This document shows, one piece after another, positions 50,936-63,854 of a stretch of DNA of 64,000 bases. Source of the DNA: Lama glama (Eukaryota); NCBI GenBank assembly GCA_028534125.1, contig CM052845.1:17298001-17362000 (forward strand). The letters are read 5' to 3'. Below the pieces are notes generated by a model that saw only the letters and a list, made by a program, of their open reading frames with translations, did no database searches and had not been told where the DNA came from. Both the position numbers and the translations under genes were made by a program. The stretch's first letter is position 1; each line of letters begins with the position of its first letter.

Positions 50936-53900
50936 CTCAATGGAGGCTCTCAAGGTCTCCATCAGGATGAGGTAGAAGAGGAGAGAACCATTAGAAGCCT
51001 CCTTGGTCTAACAGCAAAGGTCATCACTTTCCAAAAGGCATAAGAAGTTTCAGAGACAGGAAGATGGAGCAAGATAAGGACCTCCAGATCTCCGGGGCTG
51101 ATGACGCAGCCAGGCAGACGTGGGAGAGTTGGGGACTTGAGCTCGGGGGGACTCAGGAGCGAAGAGGCTTAGGGGTTGAACACAAGGAGTTAAACCCTGA
51201 CCAGTGTGACTCTGCATCCAGACACCTCTCAGGATACTGGACAACAAAGGACAATGGCCTACACTGGCCTCCTTCTGGGAAAAGATGCACAAAGAAACAC
51301 TTAAGCTTATACGTTGATGTTTTGGAAAAAAAAAAGTGCTTTGTTCCTGACATTTATATAGATATTTGGAATTTAGATGAGGTAATTTGCAAAGCTAGAG
51401 AGTGGGAATTCAGTCAGGGGTCTTTCAACAACACATCAATCCAGAACATACTGGCAATTCTCCCTTTGATGGGGGCGTTAAACACTCCAGATGCCTTAAA
51501 CAATCCAGAACATACTGGTCATCCTCCCTTTGAGGGAGGTGTCGCATCACATTTATTTGGTAACCTTTCAACAGCTCACTAGCATGGCTGCTGATAGGCG
51601 GTCACAAACCACTGACCCTCCAGTGTTCGCCCTGGAGCGCTGCAGTTGACTTAGAGGTTGTCAGTACGTGTCAGGAAAGGCCTTCTCCTGTATCTTTAAA
51701 TTTGGACCAAGACTAACATTTGGACTTTAATATGAAACTCAACAGACAGTAAACATTTTTCCCCCCTCAAAATAATTTTTAACTTCAACTCCCCATGGTT
51801 GGTGAAGAGTTAGTTTTGCAAAAGAATATATTTTATCACTTGTTTAGAATCTCCGCTAACATGGATACGTGTGACATGGTCGGAATGTTCCTCCCTCTCG
51901 CGGGATGCTCAGGCCATCAAAATTTCATTAGCCTCACAGCGGTTCCAGCGCCTTCTTAACTTGAACTGTTGGCCTCTTTATCAATAAATAAATGAAATCT
52001 AATCCCTTTCGTAGCTAAACTCTTCTTTGAAGTCATAACTGGAACATCAGACACTCGGCTTGCATAATTTCACAAATGTTGAAAAACTTTTTTTTTTTTG
52101 GAAGAAAACAGCCTTATTCACAGTTATTTCAAATGATGTAAACAGTCAACCAACACTCCCCTGCTAAACCCGGGGAAAACAATCCAGCGTCTGGTGCCTA
52201 CGTTAGTTTCACCTTGGTGAGTTATTTCACGCGAGTCCTTCTTGTTTTAATTTATAGAGAGAGATACAATAGAACTTCTAAGGGCATATCTCAAGCTAAT
52301 ACAGAGATGAATGAAATTAGACAATTAAAATAATTGGAAGTCAAAGGAAAATATAACTGGAAAATCAATCATCTTTCAGAGTGAGAGCAATTAAAAACGC
52401 TTGAGCTGAATTATTTGAGTAATTTTGTATTAGAAATATTTGACTAGAAATGGTAATAATAGTGAAAATAGGTCATAGTTTTGAGGAGACTGTTTATGAA
52501 GATGTTAGAAGACCCTGTGTGTGATGACAAACTTTAGTTTCTACTATAACCCAGCTTCAGAAAAAAACACATGGTGTTTTTACATCTAAAAAAAGCCATC
52601 CAATACTCTTACTTAATTCCACTATTCAAAATAAGGTCTGCTAAGTGTCAGAAAACTTTGCTTTCCCAGATCTTTGTGTTATTTATTGCTTTAAGTAGAA
52701 CCTCGCTCCTTCTGACTAATCACTGAAAATTCAGAACAAATGAATCGGAACTGGTCCTACGGACATACACACGGAATCTATGAACTAGCCAGTGTTCAGT
52801 AAGAGGTCATATCTATTTTATTTCCTCTTTTGTTTTCTTCCTTAAGTTGACCTCAATTGGAGTTCTTAGACCATCAAAACGTTGTTTAAAAAAACAACCA
52901 CAGCCAAACCTCGGGGAAACAGTAAACACAAGTTTAAGTCATCACTTGCCCAGCTCAACAAACATTGCTTTTGACACTTTATACCCTTAACTTGGCTGAC
53001 CTGTTTACTCTCAACAAATGCAACCAAATGTTCTGAATTTCAAGGCAAGACCCTCGACACCCTCTTCCTGTCTCTCTTCATTTCGCTTCGGAACGACCAC
53101 TTGGAGAAATGAAAAAATGCAACTTTTCTCACTTTTCCATCACTCTAAGAACAAGGACCAGAGGTTCCTGGGGCAACAAGCCCCCACTACGGTGAGTAAC
53201 AAGCCACGCAGATGGGGAGGGGCAGTGGTGCGAGAAACGCCCCGGCCCCCCCTTCTCTTCCCAGTCATTTGTGTATCATAGCCTGTTAGCTAAAGGCTGC
53301 AAAGGATGCAAGTTTTATATTTTCTGAAAGCAAACAAAAAAAATGACGTGTTCGGGAATTCACTGTGAGACAGTTTCAGCACGTGTACAATTTTAAAAAT
53401 AGTAAAATTAATTCATATTTTACCAATTCGGATACAATAACAAGATGCACTTATCGCGAGAGAGAGAGAGAAAGAGGGGCTACAAAGGTCACGTGTGCAG
53501 AGGACAAGCTGACCCACCAGGAAACGGTATTTAACAGATAGCGATTCAACGGGACTCTGACGCAGTTAATCAGAACTGAACGCACTGTTCCGCTGCCCTC
53601 TCCTCTTTTCTCTTCTGTAACCATCATAACTTTTGTCATGTGTCTTAGAGAAATCAAATGTCAAATAATACATTGAAATATTACCGTTGTACCTACCATT
53701 GCTTGAAGAGTGCAACCTGAAGATGCGGACGGACGCAAAGCAAAGTTTACGCCAAATCTCACCTGGCTTCTGAATCCACAATGAAAACTGACAGAAACAC
53801 AGGTTTGGTTTGTTTTTTGTTTTTTTGTTATTTTTATACTGAGGTGAATGGATTAGCTCAGGAAAATGTTGTAGTCTGATTCTAAGACTCATTCTGTCAA

Positions 53901-55237
53901 AAAGAACTGCCCTTCTCTCCTGTTGCGGGTTGGGTGGAAGTCGGCCTCCACCCAGAACTGACACTTCCGAAATGAATATATATTGAGTGCACATTATTAG
54001 TTGATTTTAACTTTGGTTTACTGCACTAGCGTATTCTACATAAGATATTGTTTTAGTTGGTTTACAGTAGACATCCCCCCCCCAGCCCCGAATAGCAAGA
54101 AAACAAGCAGTAAGTAGTTGGAAGCACTCAGCACCACTTCATACCATGACTTAGCTGAGACTGAAAACTGACAATGGACTTGTTTTCCTGTCACAAAGCG
54201 AAGCTGACAAAGTTGCTCAATAAATAATAAAAATGAAATATCGCTGGTCAAACACCACCTTTCTCTTCAAAGAGCAACGCAATTTTTCCATTTCAATTTT
54301 CTCTTTGCTTTTTGATGCATCTATGCACATAGCATTAATAACTCAATCAAAGCAGCAAGCGCACCATTAACAGTAAATACTGAAGGAGACACGTCACTGT
54401 GTTGTCCGGTGTACTGGTGCTGACACTCCACTTCTCCCAGAAGCCGCGCTGCCTAAAAATTAAGCCCTCTTTTAAGTCTATTATTGCATGCCAATTAACT
54501 GTTTATTATCCTGTATTGGCCATAGAAAAAAGCCTCAGTAATTTCTAAAGACGTTTTTCTTACAGTATATAAAGCTGCTATTTGGAAATTCTAAAATCCA
54601 ATTTTTGTGCACGGATTTAATTGCAGAGTAATCCAGTCCCCAAAGCACATCAAAGGCCACACTCCCTCTCTTTACCAAGATTTCAATTGCTCTCATCAAC
54701 TGGGAAGTTTAAAGCATGATCAAATTTGCTCTTCAATCACTGGAGCCCTGTTAATAAACTATTCTGTGTGCTCACTCATCCATTCTAAGATTCTGGAACT
54801 TCTTTGAGATATTTTCAAGAGAAATCTACAAAGACATCTTTGATTGCAAGTTGGCTCTGGGGTAAACTTGATCACCACTTGCTTTGCGGCTCTGCAGAGG
54901 ATAACAGGTGATGTGGTCCAAGATAAGTCAAAGCCAACCTTTTTTTTTACCCCCATACATGATTAAACTGGTTTTCAAAACAATAGCTAACACAATAGAG
55001 ACCACTTGCATAATTTAACAATCTGATGCCGAATATTGACTTTTTTTCCAGGAAATAAAAAAAAAAGCAAATTCTTCAAGAACATTTCTGCATTGAAATA
55101 CAAGGAAAGGAAGAAGAAAGAAAGAAAGAGAAGGAAAGATGGGAGGAAGGAAGGAAGAAAGCCAAATCAACCAAAACGGGCAGAAGCACTGAATGCCAAC
55201 ATTATAAAGCCAAAAAAAAAAAAAAAAAGCCACTTAC

Positions 55238-55337
55238 CGCCTTCACTGTCCGACTTGTTCTCGTGCTCCGTGTCTGTCAGGGTGAGGGCTGAGTTGGACC
55301 GACTTGACAGGCAGGAGCTGCGGCCTGACTTGACCCC
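55238..55337 (-). CDS. TENM3: Teneurin-3 internal coding exon, visible 3' part (N-terminal intracellular domain); 5' part lies in the gap 55338-55573
   Basis: Minus-strand translation [33 protein letters not shown] matches remembered teneurin-3 residues ~138-170 (human ...[37 protein letters not shown]). 33 codons + 1 nt end at a consensus donor GCG|GTAAGT (ACTTAC at 55232-55237), phase 1. Confidence 0.95.
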
Positions 55338-55573
55338 NNNNNNNNNNNNNNNNNNNNNNNNNNNNNNNNNNNNNNNNNNNNNNNNNNNNNNNNNNNNNNN
55401 NNNNNNNNNNNNNNNNNNNNNNNNNNNNNNNNNNNNNNNNNNNNNNNNNNNNNNNNNNNNNNNNNNNNNNNNNNNNNNNNNNNNNNNNNNNNNNNNNNNN
55501 NNNNNNNNNNNNNNNNNNNNNNNNNNNNNNNNNNNNNNNNNNNNNNNNNNNNNNNNNNNNNNNNNNNNNNNNN
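55338..55573. other. Assembly gap covering the 5' part and splice acceptor of the TENM3 exon
   Basis: 236 N immediately abutting in-frame TENM3 codons. Confidence 1.
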
Positions 55574-58500
55574 TTTTAAAAAACAAAATCTCCCTAAAAC
55601 AAACAGTCAAGCATTCAGGTTTTTCAGCTATCAGCACCAGGTGTTTGCATTAGTGTCACATGACATGTAGTCAAATGGGTCCAGTTAGGGGAGGGGGCGG
55701 GGCACCACCGCTGACTTTCCACATCCCCCAGCTCAGAGCTCCTTTGTCAACCCATTTTACCTCCAGAGAGACGGGCAGCTGAAGCAGCCCGGACCATGAA
55801 AACTCAGCCCAGAAAAAGGCTTTGTTATTTGTCATCACTGATGGGCTTGTGTTTACCAGACTTGCGAAGCAACAGAAATTATCAGAATCCTTTCCTGGGT
55901 CCTGGCTCTCATCCTTCACATTCAGACTTTCCCACCCAGATGTCACCCCTTTGGAAGAGAAAGGATTGCCCTCTAGAATAAGTTACTCAATAAGTAAAAA
56001 CAGGAGCCTGGTCAGTCTTTATTATATTTTTCCCACCTAAAACTTAACCAATATAAACATGTATCGTGTGTGTGTACAAACACACACTACCTTTTGGGGT
56101 GTAATGTCTTGGAAATTCATAGACATCTGACTTTCCAGACTTTTTGCTTTGATAACCATCTGACTTTCTTCTAGATCTTTTTGGCTTTAATGAAGACCTG
56201 GAAACATCTGTATTGATCAGAGTAAACCAATTCTTGCAAATCAAGTGCACTCTAAAAATAAAGTGGGAGTATTATGTATTTAAAAATTAATGATAAAATC
56301 AAGTTCTCTGAAAAATAAATGGTTGTGAGCCCTGAAGGCTTTTACTAATAAATTGAGCATAATAAAACTCATGACACTGCAATAACTTAAAGCAAAAGTG
56401 TTTAAATTAGGTGACACTTTCAAATGACTGCCATTATTGATGGCTTCTCTAGTCCTGTATTTATTCCTGAAATTCCACCTATGTTTTATGATCTTCGGGA
56501 TGAGAAGGGAGAGAAAAATGTTTGCATAGAGGATGCACATGTGGGTCCTCTGTTCCCTGGCTCACTGGGGTGGGAGAGTCTGAGATTTAAGTACCAACTA
56601 GAATCAAAATCCAGGTAAAGAATAATAGGATACCAAGACTGATTTAACTGCTACCATGTAACGTCAACCTTTTAAGAATATTAAGCATTTATATTACTCA
56701 TAGTTTTCATTTTCCCTACCTCCTTCTCTCACATCTATGAGCATTTTAAAGTGAATTGGCTGGTCTGAGAAATAACACACATTACATTTTAAAAAAGAGG
56801 GCGTCATAAATTATTGGTAATAAAATAATAACGTCTTGAATATTCTAGGAAATGAATCAAACATAATGCACAAGATAGTAAATATTTGGTTGTAAAAATA
56901 TTACCAGCATCTACAACTCAGCCCATTTTAACCTGCGTGGTTAATGGCTTTATTGCTGTGGTCCTATCAGAAGCTGGAATCAGCTTTATCTCAGCCAGAC
57001 TTCCAAATGGATTCTGACAATGACACTCATAAATAATGGAAATTGGTTGCTACAATTAGCTACAAATCATCTCAGAGAGCTGGGAGTAAGTATCTGAACC
57101 AAAAAGTATGTCAAAGAAAAAGGAAGTCACAAAAATAAAGAGGAAGGAATAAGAACCCATTGCATGGTGAGAAAGCGGGCAAATTTAATGAGGTAAGACA
57201 CAATATTGTCAGTATTTTTCAAAGAACCCGTGTGGATGTACTTATGAAAGTAAATCCAAAAAAAAAAAGGTCAATGTCATGGACAGTTAATGGAATAGCT
57301 GTGGAAGGGCTTACTCATTGTTATTTATAGACCACATTTAAAATTTGGAGGGGGAAAACGGGTGTAAAACAGTTAAACGTCACCATCACACATGTTGGTT
57401 TTCCAAAATAATTTTAAATGATGAAAATGAATGATAAGATCCTGTGCATTTTCCTCTACTTTAGGAGGTGTCCACATTGGAGAATAAAAATAAGAGAAGA
57501 GTTATAAGACAGTAAGAACTCCCTTTCTAATCTCTGAAATGTAACTTAAAACATTTTCCATGTTATTGACTCTTCACACTGTTGCCATCTTGATGCAAAA
57601 ATCTATGGGGTAAAGGAAAGCAGAACACTGAAATCTTTATCATTTTTTATCCAGGTATGTAAACACAGCTCATTTTGCCAATGACTATTCAAAGCATCAC
57701 CCCTATAAACTGATATGTGAACCCCAAACTCCTTAAACATCTGACCATCTGAAATCAATGTCTCGCCATGATGCAAACTCTTAAGGGCTGTGTCTGAAAT
57801 GCAAGCTGGAAAGCAAACTGTTAGGTTTTTTTTCCTGATTTAAAGTTTGCTCTTGTTTCCTCAGGAATGAACACTAAACCTGACCTCCGATGGACCTAAG
57901 CTAAAGCCACTTAACTGGCTCCCTTCACGTGACTTCATCAAATTGTTTTCATCTTTCAGGGTTGTCATGATTTGATTTCAGAGATGCTTTATGACAGACT
58001 AGCACAAAGAGAAGCCAAATGAAAAGTGACTTAAAAAATAAACACCTGGGCAAATGTCATTAATAATCAGAGAGAAATGTATAATTTGAAGGTGGGGAGA
58101 GGCTCATTTTCAAATAATTTTAGAACAGCCACATCACCACCAAGGTTGACTTTTCCTTCATTCAATAATCTCTACCCAATGTTTCAAATTCTATGGTTGT
58201 TGATTCTCTTAGGTAAGATCTTGTAAGGATTCTTTGTATGATCCCTTGTTTTAATGCAAACACCCCTGGGGAGACCTAGCTATTAAGTTAGAATAGTCTG
58301 GTAGATTATTTCCCACAATTCAGCAAGGTTTAGCGAGATGGGCTATCCTTAAGGAAAGCACAGGCAGTTTTGACAAAAAGAAGGAAGATGGGACAGAGTC
58401 TTGATTAGGAAAGAGGCGGCAGGCTGAGGTACCGTGGCACTGGGAGGTTTGGGCTGGACTGCAGTTGGTGGGGGAGAACTTGAAGTCAATGGGGGGGTGG

Positions 58501-59429
58501 AGAAGTGGGAAGAGACAGGCTGAAAAGGCAGCAAAGATGCTTCTGGAACCAGACTAAAACCTGGACCATCTTGCTTAAAGTCAGCTTTAGCTTAAAGTAA
58601 CATGAATGAGACGAGAATCCATTTATTCTTCCTTTCCATGGTTTCTTCAGATTGTGTTCTTTGCCATGGTTCTAACACCATTATCTTAATTTCCTTCTTT
58701 GTCCTGTGGAGTCTTATATTAATTCTGTTTGGCTGAGACTGGTGAAATCAGTATTTATCTCCTGCACATTGAATTTTGATAACCTTGATCAGCAAGGCCA
58801 ACCACAGAGTTTCCCATTACAATTTGAAACAGTCCCAAAATAATAAATTGCAGCAAGAAAAAAGTATACCTGAGGATGAAATTTCTGGTGATTAAAAGAC
58901 AAGGTTAGCTTGAAGTAGATTAGGCATTTTTGTTTTATGACACTCATAAATTTGAAAAACCTATAAAGGGAGAACTAAATAAATACAACCCAGGCAGGCT
59001 GTATCATTTTAAAAAAAGTTCACATTTTGAAAAATGAGTGAGAGTGTGTGACAAAGTGGAAAGGACAATGTAAAAACAGACTTAGGTGAGGCTGGCACTG
59101 AGCACAGCTACCTCTATAAGAAGAGAAGGGGGTTGGAAAAATAGCCTTTTTCTCACATGGTGCCTATAACTAGTCAGAACAAGAAGGCATTTTTCAAAGC
59201 TGCAATGCAGAGGGATGTTCACCAATGGGCAAGACATCTGCTACGTCTGAGTGAGTTGAAAAGAAAAAGACTCCACATGAGGGACCAGGCTCGGAGTGAC
59301 ACAGGGTGATGACAGAACCCGGGGGAGTGTGGTCCAACATCTGAACTCGTGGTACTCCCTCCCCTCTTTTGTCTAGATTTGTCTAATGTTGAGATTTTGC
59401 CTTTTCTTTCTCTCTTTCACTTATTTGTT

Positions 59430-60150
59430 CTTTTCTCCAAAACTGCTTTCTGAGATATTAACTCACAAACCATACAACGCCCCTACTTCATGTGTCCCAG
59501 TCAGTGGTTTGTAGGACCCCCATGGTGGTCTGCGGCTACCACCACAGTCCATTTCAGAACACTTTTTACCACTCCAACAAGAGACTTTGCACCAGTGATC
59601 AGTCACTTCCCGTTTCTCGGCTTAGCTCCCCCTCCAAGTCCTGGGCAAGCACTAATCTACTTTCTGTCACTACACATCTGCCTATTTTGGACATTTCAAA
59701 TAAAAGGGAGCCAACAGTATGTGGGCTCTTGTGACTGGCTTTTCTCACTTAACGTAGAGTTTTTGAGACTCCTCCACATTGTAGCATGTGTTAGTACTTC
59801 ATTCCTTTTTATGGCCAAGTGCTGTTCCATCTTATGGACACACCACATTTTATTTTTCCATTCACCAGCCAGTGGACATTTGAGTTGTTTCCACTTTTGG
59901 GCTATTATGAAAATGCTGCTGTGAGACTCCGTATGTATTCATATCTCTTGTGTATATACCTGTGAGCTGCATTGCTGGGTCATATTGTAGTTCTATGTTT
60001 AACCTTTTGAGGAGCTGCCAGACTGTTTTCCATAGTGGCGGCACCATTTCATTCCCACAAATAACGCAGGAGGATTCCAATTTCTGTTTACCCTCATCAA
60101 CACTTGTTATTATCTGTTGATTCTCTTATACCTCATTACAAGTGTGTACA
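59430..60150 (-). mobile_element. L1MB-like 3' end
   Basis: CACTAATCTACTTTCTGTC, TGTGACTGGCTTTTCTCACTTA, GTACTTCATTCCTTTTTATGGC, GGACATTTGAGTTGTTTCCACTTTTGGGCTATTATGAA, TTTAACCTTTTGAGGAGCTGCCAGACTGTTTTCCA. Confidence 0.88.
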
Positions 60151-60329
60151 CCATACTGCAAATCTGCAATGAGGAGCTGGAATATAGGTCACTGGTACTG
60201 AAATGTGTACTGAATTTCAAGAATCATTTTTCTCTTAAAAAGCAGTTGATTCTGTGGGTCTGCTATGAAAATTTGTTATTACTTTATTTTATCAAATTTT
60301 TCTTTGCCTTCCACTCTGCTGCTTCAGTC

Positions 60330-60850
60330 CTTGAAAATATTTTATTTCTGATGTTAAAAATATTTTAGTTCAGAAAGTCTACCATTGAGACTGTATCCTA
60401 TAGAAGTAAAATCACCTGATTGTAAACATACATGTACAAATAATGTTTCTTAGGGCATTGCTGCAAAAATTAAAATAACAGAAATGTTTACTAGAAAGCA
60501 TATGGCTAAATAAGGTCTATATTCCTTGAATGGAAGATTATGCGGCCAGCATAAAGAGAGGGTTTGGATCTACATCTTCTGTTCTGGAGTGAAGTCTATT
60601 ATATACAATTTTAGTAAAAAAAAATACCAGTTGCAAAGTAGTGTGTATAGTATGATTGCATTTTTGGAAACTAAGAGAACTGAGAGATTACATAAATGCT
60701 ATGGTATTAAGCACGAATGGAGGTGAGGAGGGCTATGTTACTGTTATGCTGGCTCATACAGAAGAAGCTGTAAGTGAAAGCAATCTGTAAGTTTCTACTT
60801 TATAGTTTTGAGTTTTTACTTTTCATGATGATTTCATGAATTTAAAAAAC
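60330..60850 (+). mobile_element. Degraded L1ME-like 3' fragment
   Basis: TATGGCTAAATAA...AATGGAAGATTATGCGGCCA...AGTAAAAAAAAATACCAGTTGCAAAGTAGTGTGTATAGTATGAT. Confidence 0.55.
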
Positions 60851-63800
60851 ATAAGAAAAATGAAAGTCTATCTTTAAAAAATATTTTCTTGATTTTTTTA
60901 TTTAATACCTTCCATTCAATAATTAGAAATTCAATTTACTACCTTCTCTTGGAGACACTGGGTTCTAAAAATCCTTCCTTGCTTATTGTAAAGAAATGTC
61001 CTTTCCCCTTCATTATATATGAATTTTTTAAAAAGGAGGCTAAGCATCCTATTTTATAGTAAAAAGCTCTAAAACTGAGGATAAGAAATGGATAAAAGAA
61101 TCAATATAAATGTAATACACAGAAATAAAATAATCTATCATTGTCTTAAAGTATTTTCCTCAGTTGTTGTCAGCTTGGACAGAATGATCTGCTCTCAGAT
61201 ATGGAGCGGCAATCGTCCAAGGGTGGAGCATAACACAAAAGTAGAAACTGGGCAAACATTTCTTATTTGATACCGATGGACTTCGTGTCACCGCCGTCTT
61301 ATCTGGTGTTCCCTTTTTTGCTGTGTTTGTAAAATGATAAGAAGGTCACACAGTAAAACAAATGTACATAACTTCTTTCCCTTTGAGTCCTGATGCATAC
61401 TTTATGGGACACTTCAAACCTTATGTGAAATTTGTCATGGTTTGAACAGAATACCAATCCTTGAACATGTGATAGAAATTTCAATGAGGATATAAATCTT
61501 TACTTATAAGACCCTAAACAAAACTACATTTAAAAAATTAAATTAAAATCCCAATAAATACCCTAACCCCTCCCACTCCATTTAACGTCTCTATAAAATG
61601 TAAGTATCTTCAACAGGATTCAGCCGCTTTCTCAACTTATCTCTTCATATGATATTAACATCTATCACTACATAATGATAATTCCGAATTTCTAGGGGAC
61701 AAAGGAAATGACCACTGTACACCCTATTTATAATTCAATTTATTACTCAAAACCTGGGTCTAATGGAAGCCATTGCAGGTTGCACCTCAGCATTCATCCT
61801 GAACTCAGCTGCATCTCTGTCAATGGAAGTGTGTGGCTGAGGCTTTACAGTGAACTTGATGACGAGGCGTGAGAAGGGAAAAACTCCAAGTGCATCTGCA
61901 AGCAGGGGAAGCAGGATTAGAATGAATGGCCCCAGAGAATATGTATTTTCCTCCAGAGAAGATTTGTGAAGCCTCCAGGGGAGGAGAAACATATGGACAC
62001 TGAAGAGAAGGTTTGGTGGCTCCAAGGAGGAAAATGAGGCTGTGAGTCTGCTGACTTGTGAGCAAAGAGCATCTTCTTAGACATGTCGCGTGAAGGATTT
62101 GTATACCCAGCCACAAAAGAGGGCAAGTCTAACAACCGTTTATAATGAGAGAGAGAACTTGTAACTTGGTTTCTTTTTTTTTCCTCAAAAGCATTCTGAA
62201 AATGAATTTGCTTTTTACTTTTACTTAGTAATTATTTCTGTAGAAGAACCCAAGACCCAGTGATGGATGATAATGAGCCCACAACATATCTGCTAGTATC
62301 TGATAATCAAGCTGCAGTAGGCGTTGGGGTCCATATGCATGTGGTTCGGTGGGACACGGCAGGTGTTTAATAACTGTGACTGAAGCCGCACCACATTGAT
62401 TCACAACGTGGGTCCGAAACTGGCAACGTGGCAAGGAAACGGATACACGTTTAGCGGTAAGCCGGGGCTCGGGACGTCAGACCAACAAAGGCCGAGGCAG
62501 GGGGAAAGGATTACCCCCACTGTGTCCGGAGGAGGGCTGTAAGCTCCATCTATCTACTCACACCTTCTGGCAGGTAATCTACAAAGCAGAGTGGCCGCCA
62601 AGCCTGAAAGAGGCCCTTGCCTACTTAACAGCCAAAACTAGTTAACAATCAGTTAGGCAGGGGAGCTAAAAGAGGGAACTAAGAGGAAAACATTAACATG
62701 AAACAATGATAAACCGGAGCTATTTAACTCGTGTCTGTAAGAACTGAAATTTAAGGTTGAGTAAACATGACCATCTAAATCCTTTAATCCTGCCGCTGAC
62801 ATTTGTAGCGACTGAGAAGGATTAATCATTTTGATCTCTAAATGAATCATTTTCAGGGGTTAATATTTTACAGTAATAAACTTTGGAGGTGCAGTAATTA
62901 GCCTAGTGGATCTGATTCACGTGTCAGGTTTTCGTCTTTATTAAACCCTCTTCTCACAAAGAAAAGGTTTTCTCAGCACCAGGACGTATTTCAGAAAACA
63001 TGAAAAAGGGTTTCAGATTCCTTTCATTTTTGTATGATGACAGAGGTGAGGGGGAACACAGGGGAAATGAAAAGTTGGGGTCTAACTGGAAATTCATAGC
63101 AGCATTAAGTGCTGAATGGTAAGACCATATGGTCGTTATTTCTTTTGAAGTCTAGGATCGGTTCCCATTATTCACTGTAATGGCATCCAAGACCAAACTA
63201 AATCTCAGTCTTTAAAATTAAAAGCATTTTGCTCTTGGCTCTCAGGTCTTCCTCTTCCACAATTTCCAACATGCCTGCATGTTTAATATATTTTCATAAT
63301 GCAAAAAATACAAATAAACAGAGTAAAAATAACAGGAGTCAGAGAAATAAAGGGCTAGACTCCACTTCACTTCCAAAGCAGGATAAAATGGTGTGGAGAG
63401 CCACACAGTTAGTATCTTATTCATCAACGGAGTCGTTAATCCTATTTGACATCTGCCCAATGCTATTAGTGATATGCTAAAATTATATTTACATCTTCCA
63501 TGTTCTACGTTTAAGAAACAGGAATTTAATTCTGTTGACCTACCAGGAACATACACCATGGAGAAAGATTTAAAAATTATTTATCATCTTAGTAATATTC
63601 CAGCAATAAAACTTCGAAAAAAGTAAGCTAAAATGGACTTTTATCTTAATGGGCAAAATGTTTGTATCCACAAGACATTACAGCGCTTGGCCACAGAGGT
63701 TGTTTTAAGAGGACTGTAGCTGTGGTTTAGTGGAGACATGTGACCCTGCCCCTGGGCCAAATGAAACGCCCCCTTCGCTGATGCTGCATGAAGGAGAGAA

Positions 63801-63854
63801 AGCAAACCTCGAACTTTCCATATTCAGCTACACTTGCTTGAACATGCCTAATTT

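Larger units (their letters stand above)
1..55237 (-). other. TENM3: TENM3 intron downstream of the visible exon (continues beyond window start)
   Basis: Begins with the GTAAGT donor at 55237. The next exon (EQPASNQGQSTLQPLPP...) is not seen in the ORF track; teneurin genes have very large 5' introns. Confidence 0.8.

Noticed and set aside
51064-51582. 172-aa ORF
   Set aside because: No recognisable homology; runs through an A-run and a tandem duplication; antisense within an intron.
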